Assembly (NCBI GenBank): GCA_038727515.1
Contig: JAVYVS010000003.1
Span: 1-64,000, forward strand
Direction: 5' to 3'
From: Candidatus Methanomethylicia archaeon
GTDB lineage: Archaea > Thermoproteota > Methanomethylicia > Culexarchaeales > Culexarchaeaceae
Length of the DNA: 64,000 nucleotides
A program made the translations under genes and the position numbers. Shown one piece after another: positions 30,920 through 40,106 of the stretch (position 1 is the first letter of the stretch; each line of letters opens with the position of its first letter). Under the pieces are notes generated by a model. That model was not told where the DNA came from. It did not search any database and saw nothing but the letters and a program-made list of their open reading frames with translations.

Positions 30920-31886
30920 CGATAAGTCCCTCTTCAGATATTGCGAATATAGCTGATTCCCCTCTAGGAATATATGGGCTATCCTCTATAACCATCTTCC
31001 TAATGGAATGCTCTAAACTTCTCTTAACGCCATCAATAGATGTATATTGTAAAATTAATCGATGAGTTGTAGAATGAGCAACAACATTACCTCCAGCAGC
31101 AATAACACCACCAGAAAATGTTGGTTTTGAAATAACTTGATTTGTTACAATAACATAAACACAATATAACATTGCTAAACGCATTAGAAAATTAAGCATA
31201 TAATTAAGTGTTTGTTGCCTAGCCACAAGCATTTCTCTACCTCTATATTCAGCTCTAACATGTGAAATAAGGCTATCAAGTATAATCAATTTAACATTTT
31301 TCTCTTCAATAAGCTTTGGCGCAATAATTCTAATACAATCTATTTGTTCATCTACATTAACTGGTTGTGAAACATAAATATTTTTAAGAGGATCATTTAA
31401 ATTAAATCTCTCAGCAATTTTGCAAATTCTATCATCAGAAAAAGTACCTTCACAATCTATATATAGAACGCTTCCACCAACACCTCCACTATTTCTAGTT
31501 AATTGTGTAGAAACTGATAATTGAAAACAAAATTGAGATTTACCAGAACCATATTCACCAACAAGTTCATAAATACATTTAGGCTCAATTCCACCCCTCA
31601 AAAGTTTATCTATAGATTGAACTTTAGTAGATATCCTTGGTAGCATTTTCCTAGTAGACGCGTAATCGCCACCAGCGAGAACCCTATTTGAATATAAAGC
31701 ATTTCTAACGTAAATTAGAGCTTTATTTAACCTAGAATAATCATTTAAATCCAATAAAGATATCAATTCATCTAAACTATAAAGTGATAATTGCTTTGGA
31801 CTAAATATGCCAATTTTCCTTAGTTTTTCAGCTGTACTTGGACCTATTCCAGGAATATCCTCTAAACTCTTAAATTCTTCAACCAT
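30909..31886 (-). CDS. RadA/Rad51 family recombinase, divergent paralog
   Basis: N-terminal HhH (LEDIPGIGPSTAEKL), GEYGSGKS, YIDCEGTF, ILDSL, RAEYRGR..L..RQQ, TNQV, GGNVVAH. Confidence 0.9.
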   Translation of the reverse strand: MVEEFKSLEDIPGIGPSTAEKLRKIGIFSPKQLSLYSLDELISLLDLNDYSRLNKALIYVRNALYSNRVLAGGDYASTRKMLPRISTKVQSIDKLLRGGIEPKCIYELVGEYGSGKSQFCFQLSVSTQLTRNSGGVGGSVLYIDCEGTFSDDRICKIAERFNLNDPLKNIYVSQPVNVDEQIDCIRIIAPKLIEEKNVKLIILDSLISHVRAEYRGREMLVARQQTLNYMLNFLMRLAMLYCVYVIVTNQVISKPTFSGGVIAAGGNVVAHSTTHRLILQYTSIDGVKRSLEHSIRKMVIEDSPYIPRGESAIFAISEEGLIDVL

Positions 31887-32229
31887 TAATTCCACCTCCA
31901 ACATAATTCCTCAACCAACGTAAATGAGAAATAACTTTATCCAATTCATAGACTAAGGAGAAATCACTATCACCAGATATTATTGAGGAAATTTTATCTA
32001 AAGCTCTAATAAAAGTATTAAATTGATTTAAATCTAAAAGGCTTTCAAAAACTATTTTACCACTATAGCTATCAATTTTACTTCGCTTAGGATAAATCCT
32101 CAAAGCCACATTAATAGATCTACCTACAACCCTAAAACATAGAAAGACAGAATACTTCTCACATAACTTTAAAGGCATTATAAATCCCTTCCCATCATTA
32201 TCCCATCTAATAATAGACAATTCACCCAC
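31879..32229 (-). CDS. Hypothetical protein (beta-rich, then helical)
   Basis: Overlaps both neighbours by 8 nt; GAGGTGG SD. Confidence 0.7.
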   Translation of the reverse strand: MGELSIIRWDNDGKGFIMPLKLCEKYSVFLCFRVVGRSINVALRIYPKRSKIDSYSGKIVFESLLDLNQFNTFIRALDKISSIISGDSDFSLVYELDKVISHLRWLRNYVGGGING

Positions 32230-33550
32230 CTCTAACCCTTGAATAATCTTCTAATACAGATGCACCCATTGGTGAAAGCCTAACATAATACCTCCCATCA
32301 CGATGCATACTTTCAAAAACTAACCCATAAACTAGAAGAATGGTTAAAATCTTCTTAGCCTCCTGAGAATCAATACCTAAAACACTCGTAATATAACCAA
32401 TCACCAAATCCCTCTCAACAGTTCCTTGAGATAAAAATGATAAAATGTTATGAGCTAAATCAGCCTTTGAACCAAAAAGTTTCTCCAAAATACTTGGGGA
32501 AACAGGTTTAGATATACCAAGTTCATCAACAACATCAAATTCACCTTTAAATTCAGGTTTTAAACTATAATTAACAACTTTAATATCACCATTAATAAAA
32601 CATAAAAAGAATCTCTCGTTATCAAGAAACTTTAGAAATTTAAGGTCATTAAAATCAACCGTAAATAAACGCATAATAGAATCAAAATACTCCATGCAAC
32701 TTGGAAGAGGTGAAAAAGAGATGTCCAAAATAGACCTAATCCTAGAACTTAATGATACAGGATTTTCACATGACAATAACGTAATACCAGAATTCCTAGA
32801 TTTAATTAGATCATAAAAAATCATTGAACGTTCAAAGGATATTGCATACTCTTCACGTAAAGCTCTAACTAAAGCTGGAGCTAGTAAATCAACATCTTCA
32901 ATTAATAAAAGATCAAAAATCTTAGAAAACCTATGGAGAATTAAAAGAGAAGAAAATACTCTGAACTCTACCGGAAGATGACTAATATCAACCACGAATA
33001 AACCAGAATCTAAATTTGAAAAACCATAATAAGAGTTAAATGAAGAACCTACACGTCCCATAAGCATTAAATCTAGAAATCTAATTAGACGATGAACAGT
33101 AAAACGTGATCCGGGAAAATTACCTTGAGATTCTACTTCTAAAATAATATCTTTAATTGTTGGATTAAAATTACCCTTACCAATCAAATTTGTAATGGCA
33201 AATTGAAGTAATCTAGCAGAATCTTCACTTAAATGAAAACTTAATCTAAAAATGTCAACAATAAATTTAACGTCGGAATAAGCATCATCAGACTTAAATG
33301 TAAATGGGTTTATAGAAGCATTAAATCCAAGCTTTAATAATTTAAAATTAGTGAAAGTATTGCCAAGATACTTATATAAACCATGGGGATCAACTACTAA
33401 ACAATTCTCCCAATCACTGCAGTCAATCACAGAACAATTGATCATAAATCTCTTCTTAAGAGCACCAAAAGACCCGAGCAGTAAAGCATCACAATCAAGC
33501 AATAAACTACATAAATCAATAATTTCAAAATTAGAAGAATTATCAAACAA
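32222..33550 (-). CDS. Degenerate HerA/VirB4-like ATPase with C-terminal winged helix
   Basis: LVVDPHGLY, SINPF, PTIKD, VVDISHL; eroded Walker A (GSFGALKK) and Walker B (IEDVD). Confidence 0.65.
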   Translation of the reverse strand: MFDNSSNFEIIDLCSLLLDCDALLLGSFGALKKRFMINCSVIDCSDWENCLVVDPHGLYKYLGNTFTNFKLLKLGFNASINPFTFKSDDAYSDVKFIVDIFRLSFHLSEDSARLLQFAITNLIGKGNFNPTIKDIILEVESQGNFPGSRFTVHRLIRFLDLMLMGRVGSSFNSYYGFSNLDSGLFVVDISHLPVEFRVFSSLLILHRFSKIFDLLLIEDVDLLAPALVRALREEYAISFERSMIFYDLIKSRNSGITLLSCENPVSLSSRIRSILDISFSPLPSCMEYFDSIMRLFTVDFNDLKFLKFLDNERFFLCFINGDIKVVNYSLKPEFKGEFDVVDELGISKPVSPSILEKLFGSKADLAHNILSFLSQGTVERDLVIGYITSVLGIDSQEAKKILTILLVYGLVFESMHRDGRYYVRLSPMGASVLEDYSRVRGG

Positions 33551-34154
33551 TTTTTACACACCTCAAATTACCATTAAAATTTAGGAAATTTTTTAAGATC
33601 TCATCTCCACTCATAATCTTAACATCTCTAGCAGGTATGGAGATAGATAATGAATTTATTAATTCAAGAATTTTTGAAATCACAGAATCCCTATTGTAAA
33701 AATTAAATTTAGCATTGATAATTAAGAAATATAATTCACCAGAATCTTTACCACCTTTTAAAACAAGATAGTATTCATATGGGATTCCAAGTAATATATT
33801 CCTCAAAAAGTTAGAATCTCTAATCGTGGAAAATGATAATCCACCATAAACATTAGAAAAACCAAATGACCCAAATATCACCAATAAATTTTCAAGAACT
33901 TCCAATTCAATTGAAAACTTAAAATTTCTACCATGACCTAAATTTATCTTTCTAAAAAGGATTTCTCTAGAAACTTTATGAGGATTAGAATTATTAAATG
34001 AGGAGGATACCCTACTCTTCCTCATGAAATTGAAGAAATAAAGAGAAGAGTATAGTAAAAACAAGATTATTGAAATATTCACATTAATAGGGATAAATAT
34101 TAGAGCTAATAGTGGGAGAATAAACTTAAGGGGCATGATAAAGAGTATATCCAT
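33543..34154 (-). CDS. Membrane protein with N-terminal TM hairpin
   Basis: Two hydrophobic segments at about aa 3-42; first gene of the overlapping operon. Confidence 0.65.
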   Translation of the reverse strand: MDILFIMPLKFILPLLALIFIPINVNISIILFLLYSSLYFFNFMRKSRVSSSFNNSNPHKVSREILFRKINLGHGRNFKFSIELEVLENLLVIFGSFGFSNVYGGLSFSTIRDSNFLRNILLGIPYEYYLVLKGGKDSGELYFLIINAKFNFYNRDSVISKILELINSLSISIPARDVKIMSGDEILKNFLNFNGNLRCVKIV

Positions 34155-34252
34155 AGAGATTGAAAAACATATTTTAGATGTACGTCGAAATCGGTTAAAA
34201 ACGAAAAATGAATAACTAATTTAATACGAATATTTATTTGGATGCAAGAAAA

Positions 34253-34882
34253 ATGAATGATAACGTAAGTATTGAAGATTTAAAGGTTTTAAGTGAAGAA
34301 ACAAGATTAAAAATATTATTACTAATTAATGAGAAGGGGGAACTAGGATTAAATGAACTTTCAAATATGACGAAAAGAGCTAAATCAACAATATCAGAAC
34401 ATTTAAAAATATTATTAGAAAATGGATTCATAGAAAGGATACGTATTGAAAAAGGATACTACTATAAACTTACGGAGAAGGGGAGAAAGATTTTAGAAAA
34501 CATACAAATAGAGGGAAGAATCTCGAAAATATCTGAAGGGAAAATGTTTAGATGGGAAATTGATGTTGAAACCATAAGATTAGAAGTATTTATACCGCTA
34601 TTAACCGGAATTTCAATGATTTTTCTAAGTGGAATACCAAGAATAGCGATACTATTATCCATAATTAATGGATTTATACTAGGGATATTAGACCTAAAAA
34701 TAAGAGATTTAATAAAGGGGGGAATAATATTTTCATGTACAACAGCAGTAATAGCGGCAATTAAAATAGGTATAATGGAAATGTTAATCACATTCATTGC
34801 ATCAATAATAATATATATGTGTGTTGGAGGATTTACATGGATAACTATTAAAACAATTGCTAAATGGGTGAGGGAAAAATAA
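34253..34882 (+). CDS. ArsR-type winged-helix regulator with C-terminal TM helices
   Basis: LKVLSEETRLKIL..KSTISEHLKILLENGFI..YYKLTEKG followed by about 4 TM segments. Confidence 0.85.
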   Translation: MNDNVSIEDLKVLSEETRLKILLLINEKGELGLNELSNMTKRAKSTISEHLKILLENGFIERIRIEKGYYYKLTEKGRKILENIQIEGRISKISEGKMFRWEIDVETIRLEVFIPLLTGISMIFLSGIPRIAILLSIINGFILGILDLKIRDLIKGGIIFSCTTAVIAAIKIGIMEMLITFIASIIIYMCVGGFTWITIKTIAKWVREK

Positions 34883-35067
34883 TGGTTAGGACATGCCCAG
34901 AATGTGGAGGAGAAATGTACTACGATAGAAAGGGATTCTTCGTATGCCTAAAATGTGGATTGACAATATCCAAATTTGATCAAACACAAAAAGATTGGAA
35001 AAATGAGGAAGGAAAAGAAGATCGTAAACGAGAATATCTTAAATGGTGGCTAAGTTCTAAAAAGTAA
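34882..35067 (+). CDS. Small TFIIB-type zinc-ribbon protein
   Basis: CPECGG..CLKCG, C-terminal YLKWWLS; start overlaps the upstream stop (TAATG). Confidence 0.8.
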   Translation: MVRTCPECGGEMYYDRKGFFVCLKCGLTISKFDQTQKDWKNEEGKEDRKREYLKWWLSSKK

Positions 35068-35101
35068 ATTTGCAAGCGAGATAGCTTAGGATGGGGAGAA
35101 G

Positions 35102-35875
35102 ATGGTAGTGGAGATAATAAGTATAGGTGAAGAATTGTTAATAGGAAAAGTTGTAAATACGAATGCCTCATGGATTGCAAAAAGAATGATGGAAATGGGT
35201 TTAAAAGTTAGAAGGATAGTTACAGTTGGCGATGACATAGATGAAATTGTTTCAGCAATACAAGATTCAATAAGAAGAGGAGCAAAAATTATAGTAACAA
35301 CAGGGGGCTTAGGTCCAACTTTTGACGATAAAACTATGGAAGCAATATCAAAAGCTACAAATAGACCATTAAAACTTGAAAATGAAGTGTTAATGGAAAT
35401 AGAGGAAAAACTTAGGAAAAGGGGTAGAAAGTTAAGTGAAGCTGCAAAAAAGATGGCATATGTACCTGAAGGAAGCAAAATAATACATAACAATATTGGA
35501 ACTGCGCCAGGAATAATATTAGATTATAACAATGCAAAGATAATAGCTCTACCAGGAGTACCAGAGGAAATGGAGAATATGTTTGAAACAGAAGTTGTAA
35601 AAATGATAAAGTTTGAAGGGAAGTTTCAAGAAACAGAATTTTTAATATATAATGTTACAGAATCAGAATTGGCTCAAACAATAATTGAACTTATGAGAGA
35701 AATACCAAATATATACATAAAATCACATCCAATAATAAGTACTGAAGATAAAATTTCACTAAAACTTCACATTTACAGTACAAGTTATGATGAAGAATCT
35801 TGGAGGAAGATTATTGATGAAATAAGAAATAAAATTATAGAGAAACATAACTATTGCGAAATAAGGGGAATATAA
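35102..35875 (+). CDS. CinA-like protein (molybdopterin-binding domain)
   Basis: IGEELLIG.VVNTNA, VGDD, GGLGPTFDD, GTAPG, LPGVPEEM. Confidence 0.9.
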   Translation: MVVEIISIGEELLIGKVVNTNASWIAKRMMEMGLKVRRIVTVGDDIDEIVSAIQDSIRRGAKIIVTTGGLGPTFDDKTMEAISKATNRPLKLENEVLMEIEEKLRKRGRKLSEAAKKMAYVPEGSKIIHNNIGTAPGIILDYNNAKIIALPGVPEEMENMFETEVVKMIKFEGKFQETEFLIYNVTESELAQTIIELMREIPNIYIKSHPIISTEDKISLKLHIYSTSYDEESWRKIIDEIRNKIIEKHNYCEIRGI

Positions 35876-36628
35876 ATGTATACTATAATGTTAATTGGAA
35901 CAGCTGGATCCGGTAAAAGTACGTTAACATATACATTGTCACAATGGCTTGAAGATAATGATAAGTATACTGGGATAATAAATTTAGATCCGGGAGTAAG
36001 GTGGCTACCTTATACACCAGACATAGACATAAGAGAATACATAGACCTAGAGCATATAATGAGTAAATATGAGCTTGGACCTAATGGAGCTTTAATAGCT
36101 TCTGTAGATATGATGATAAACTATATAAAGGAGATAAGGGAGGAGATAAGAAATTCAAATTATGAGTATATAATAGTGGATACACCAGGACAAATGGAGC
36201 TATTTGCCTTTAGAACTGTAGGACCTCAAATAATATCGAAAATATCAGAAGATAATTTACTAATATTGTTCTTGATAGATGCTATATTCACAATTAAACC
36301 AAGTGATTTTGTATCAGCTTTACTATTAGCAACATCAGTCCACTACAGATTTTTAAAACCTCAGATAAATGTAATATCAAAAGCAGATTTATTAAGTGAA
36401 CAAAGGAAAAGTAAAATTGAAGAATGGATAGAAGACCCAGAAACATTGAAAATGGATATGATGTCAGAAGATAGTACATTACAGAGAGAGATGAGTGAGA
36501 GATTAGTGGATCTAATTAGTAGTGAAATGTTTATGGATATAGTGTTCACATCATCTTTTACAGCAGAAGGTGGAGATGCACTACTTGGGAGAATAGAGAG
36601 AATATTTGGAAAAACAATAATAGATTGA
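35876..36628 (+). CDS. GPN-loop GTPase
   Basis: GTAGSGKST, NLDPG, LGPNGA, DTPGQME. Confidence 0.93.
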   Translation: MYTIMLIGTAGSGKSTLTYTLSQWLEDNDKYTGIINLDPGVRWLPYTPDIDIREYIDLEHIMSKYELGPNGALIASVDMMINYIKEIREEIRNSNYEYIIVDTPGQMELFAFRTVGPQIISKISEDNLLILFLIDAIFTIKPSDFVSALLLATSVHYRFLKPQINVISKADLLSEQRKSKIEEWIEDPETLKMDMMSEDSTLQREMSERLVDLISSEMFMDIVFTSSFTAEGGDALLGRIERIFGKTIID

Positions 36629-36674
36629 CAAACCTTTTAAAATGGGAAGTAAACACTGAATAGGGTGATATGAA

Positions 36675-37370
36675 ATGAGTGTAGCCGCTCAAATCATCGA
36701 CAACGCCATAAAAGAGGGGAGAAAATACTTAATGGAACATGAAGCAAAAAGCATATGCTCACAATATGGAATAAATGTTACAAAGTTTAGAGTAGCTAAA
36801 GACCTTGATCAAGCATTAGAATTTTCTAGAGAAATAGGATACCCCGTTGTATTCAAAATAGTATCCCCAGATATAATTCATAAAAGTGATGTAGGTGGAG
36901 TAATAATAAACATAAAGAATGATGAAGAAGCAAAAAATGCATATAAGAAGATAATGGATAATGTTAAAAAACACAATCCAAATGCCAAGATAGTGGGAAT
37001 ACTAGTACAAGAGATGGCGCCAGCAGGATTAGAAGTTATAATAGGAGGAATAAAGGATCCACAATTTGGACATGCAATAATGTTTGGTTTAGGAGGCATA
37101 TTCGTAGAAATATTAAAAGATGTAACATTTAGGATCGTTCCAATAACTAGGGAAGATGCAGAAGAAATGATAAGAGAAATAAGGGGATATCCATTATTAA
37201 AAGGTTATAGAGGACAGCCTCCAGTAGATGAAAATGCAATAATAGAAGCATTAATGAAAACATCAAAACTATTAATGGACTTCCCAAAAATAGAACAATT
37301 AGACTTAAACCCAATATTCGCATATGAAAAAGGGATAAAAGTCATTGATGCGAGGATAATACTAGAATGA
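36675..37370 (+). CDS. ADP-forming acyl-CoA synthetase beta subunit
   Basis: IGYPVVFKIVSPDIIHKSDVGGV, FGLGGIFVE, DLNP. Confidence 0.9.
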   Translation: MSVAAQIIDNAIKEGRKYLMEHEAKSICSQYGINVTKFRVAKDLDQALEFSREIGYPVVFKIVSPDIIHKSDVGGVIINIKNDEEAKNAYKKIMDNVKKHNPNAKIVGILVQEMAPAGLEVIIGGIKDPQFGHAIMFGLGGIFVEILKDVTFRIVPITREDAEEMIREIRGYPLLKGYRGQPPVDENAIIEALMKTSKLLMDFPKIEQLDLNPIFAYEKGIKVIDARIILE

Positions 37371-38209
37371 ATGAAGAAGAAATACTAAGAGAAATCTATG
37401 AATTAAAGGAAAAATACAAGAGACTTGAGGAGGAGAGAATTAAAGTAGTAACTGAAAAAGCAAAAATATCAAAGGAAATAGAAGAAGTAAAAATTAAATT
37501 AAACAATGAATATCAAAAGAAAAATGAATTAAAATCAAAAATATTGGAAAAAATTAACATTAAAAGGGATTTAATCCAACAATTAAAGAATAATAGAGAA
37601 GAACTTGATAAGTTGATGAGGGAGAGAGAAGAAGCATTAAACCAAATAAGAGGGGCAACCATAAGAGAAGTCAATGAAGAAGATATAAAGAAGAAGATAG
37701 AAGAATGGGAATGGTACCAGCAAACAAACCCCCTACCCAAAGAAAAGGAGAAAGAAGTTATAGAGAGAATTGCTGAATTAAATAAAATTTTAAAAAATAT
37801 AAGGAGAATAAGTAATGCAAAAAAGAGATTTGCAGAAATAAAAGGTGAAATAGAGAGAAAAATTAAAGAGAAAAATCAATTAAAAGAAAAGATTAATGAA
37901 ATAAATAAGGAAATAAATGAAATAAACAAAAGTAAGAAAGAAATAGAAGCAAAAATTGAAGTTTTAAAAGAGGAAAAGAGAAAACTTTCAGAAAAGATAA
38001 ATGAAGTAATAAATGAGGAAAAGAAAATTAAAGAAAAACTATTGGAGTTACAAATAGAGTTTAACAAATTAAAATTCTTAAAGAGAAGAGAAGAAGAAAT
38101 TAAGGTCATGATGGAAATAGCTAAAAGAGCTCGTGAAAAACTTAATAGAGGAGAAAAATTGAGTTTTGAAGAATTTAAAGCATTAATGGAAGTGGAAGAA
38201 CATAAGTAA
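37367..38209 (+). CDS. Archaeal coiled-coil protein
   Basis: Heptad K/E-rich; EW.QQT.PL..EKE and GEKLSFEE motifs. Confidence 0.8.
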   Translation: MNEEEILREIYELKEKYKRLEEERIKVVTEKAKISKEIEEVKIKLNNEYQKKNELKSKILEKINIKRDLIQQLKNNREELDKLMREREEALNQIRGATIREVNEEDIKKKIEEWEWYQQTNPLPKEKEKEVIERIAELNKILKNIRRISNAKKRFAEIKGEIERKIKEKNQLKEKINEINKEINEINKSKKEIEAKIEVLKEEKRKLSEKINEVINEEKKIKEKLLELQIEFNKLKFLKRREEEIKVMMEIAKRAREKLNRGEKLSFEEFKALMEVEEHK

Positions 38210-38251
38210 TTATAAGCAACTTAAACATATATTTTCACGGTAGTATAGTAA

Positions 38252-39358
38252 ATGATGAAAGATGCAAAAGAGAAGATACTAATTATATGTGTAGATAAAG
38301 ATAATGATATTGGTAGAATAACTAGAATTAAAACCCCCATAGTGGGTAGAGAGAAGAATATTGAAGCAGCAGTAAAATTTGCTGTATCTTCACCAGAAGA
38401 TTCTGATGTAAATGCTTTATTTGCAGCCATAAAGACATATGATGAAATAAAAAGTAGTAATATAGATTGTGAGATAGCAACGTTATCAGGAGAAGCAGAA
38501 GGTGGATTAAAATCAGATATAAAGATAGTTAATGAACTAAATGAAGTCTTAAGCATGTATCAAGCAACAGGCGCCATATTTGTAAGTGATGGAGCAGCTG
38601 ATGAACTAATAATACCAATAATACAATCAAAAATACCAATAGTATCGGTGAAGAGAGTTATAATACAGCAAGAGAGGGGGGTTGAAGAGACATATATAGT
38701 TTTAGCTAGATACTTAAGGAAGATAATTGAAGAATCGCATTATGCAAGAATTTTCTTAGGAGTGCCAGGGATAATCTTCCTATTATTAGCAATATTATAT
38801 GCAGCTGGGTACTCACAATATGCTGGAATTGGGGCTCTATTCATGGTTGGATTAGCATTTGTAATACGTGGATTCTCCATAGACACATATGTAATAACGT
38901 GGTTAAAATCTTCACCTGCAATATTCTTCTCAAGTTTAATGGGGATAATAACAATAGTTGTATCTACCTATCTAGGTGTTGGAAAAGTTTTATCTGAAAT
39001 AGCTATAAATCCAACTTTAACTAGAAATATAGCTGTAATATCTGGAATATTCCTAGATGTAGTAAGTGATATGATCCTTATAAGTGCAGCAATAATTTCA
39101 TGTGGAAGGTTAATAGATAAAATTTTGAGGAAAAGTGGAAAACTATGGCATAATATAGTAAGCTTAACGTTTATAGCAACTATTAGACCACTATTAAGGG
39201 AAGTTGCAGATACATTAATTAAACAAGAGTATTCAATAGAGAAGTTAATAACACCATTGATAATACCAACGATATCAACCATAATCCTAATAATATCCTT
39301 TACATTAATGGAAGAACTGGGGAGGAGGACTATTGGAAGAAAGGAAGTTAAACATTAA
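38252..39358 (+). CDS. DUF373 family membrane protein
   Basis: CVDKDNDIG, PEDSDVN, VSDGAADE, C-terminal TMs. Confidence 0.88.
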   Translation: MMKDAKEKILIICVDKDNDIGRITRIKTPIVGREKNIEAAVKFAVSSPEDSDVNALFAAIKTYDEIKSSNIDCEIATLSGEAEGGLKSDIKIVNELNEVLSMYQATGAIFVSDGAADELIIPIIQSKIPIVSVKRVIIQQERGVEETYIVLARYLRKIIEESHYARIFLGVPGIIFLLLAILYAAGYSQYAGIGALFMVGLAFVIRGFSIDTYVITWLKSSPAIFFSSLMGIITIVVSTYLGVGKVLSEIAINPTLTRNIAVISGIFLDVVSDMILISAAIISCGRLIDKILRKSGKLWHNIVSLTFIATIRPLLREVADTLIKQEYSIEKLITPLIIPTISTIILIISFTLMEELGRRTIGRKEVKH

Positions 39359-40097
39359 AATAGGTGTTATAGGTGGATCGGGATTTGAAGAAGCCTTTGA
39401 AGGTGATAAAATTAAAGTTAAAACTCCCTATGGTGAAGTAAATTTAAAAATTGGAGTTTTTGGAGATAGAGAAGTAGCATTTATACATAGACATGGAGAG
39501 AAACATGAGATACCACCACATAGAGTAAATTATAGGGGTAATATATGGGCATTAAAAGAAATTGGAGTAGAGAGAATAATAGCTACAAACGCTGTTGGAG
39601 GAATAAGAGAAGGCATATCTCCAGGAGATATATTGATACCACATGATTTCATAGATTTCACAAAAAGCAGAATAGGAACATTTTATAATGATGAAGCTAT
39701 ACATGTAGATGTATCAGAACCATACTGTCCAGAAATTAGAAGAATAATTTTAGAATGTATAAAAGGGGTTAACATAAGGGTGTGGGATAAAGGGGTCTAT
39801 GTATGCACGGAGGGACCTAGATTTGAAACACCATCAGAAATAAGGATGTTCAGACTTTTAGGTGCAGACGTCGTTGGAATGACCGGAGTACCTGAAGTTG
39901 TTCTTGCAAGAGAATTAAAGATGTGTTATGCTTCGATATGTATAGTAACGAATTATGCTGCAGGATTACAGAAGAGAGTAACACAAGAAGAAGTTAATAA
40001 AATAATGAGGAAAAGAGTAGATGTAGTTTTATCAATTATGAAAAATGTAATTCAAAGAATACCAATAGAACGTAAAAAATGTGAATGTGGATTGTAA
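39333..40097 (+). CDS. mtnP: 5'-methylthioadenosine/purine nucleoside phosphorylase
   Basis: IGGSG, RHG..H.IPPH.VNYR, EGPRFET, VGMT. Confidence 0.9.
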   Translation: MEERKLNIKIGVIGGSGFEEAFEGDKIKVKTPYGEVNLKIGVFGDREVAFIHRHGEKHEIPPHRVNYRGNIWALKEIGVERIIATNAVGGIREGISPGDILIPHDFIDFTKSRIGTFYNDEAIHVDVSEPYCPEIRRIILECIKGVNIRVWDKGVYVCTEGPRFETPSEIRMFRLLGADVVGMTGVPEVVLARELKMCYASICIVTNYAAGLQKRVTQEEVNKIMRKRVDVVLSIMKNVIQRIPIERKKCECGL

Positions 40098-40106
40098 GGT
40101 GGAGAT

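Noticed and set aside
34198-34207. AAAACGAAAA motif, also at 23943 and nearly in reverse at 43144
   Set aside because: Low complexity; may be BRE-like or chance; no evidence for a regulon
37367-38209. Low-complexity A-rich repeats
   Set aside because: Explained by K/E/I/N coiled-coil coding
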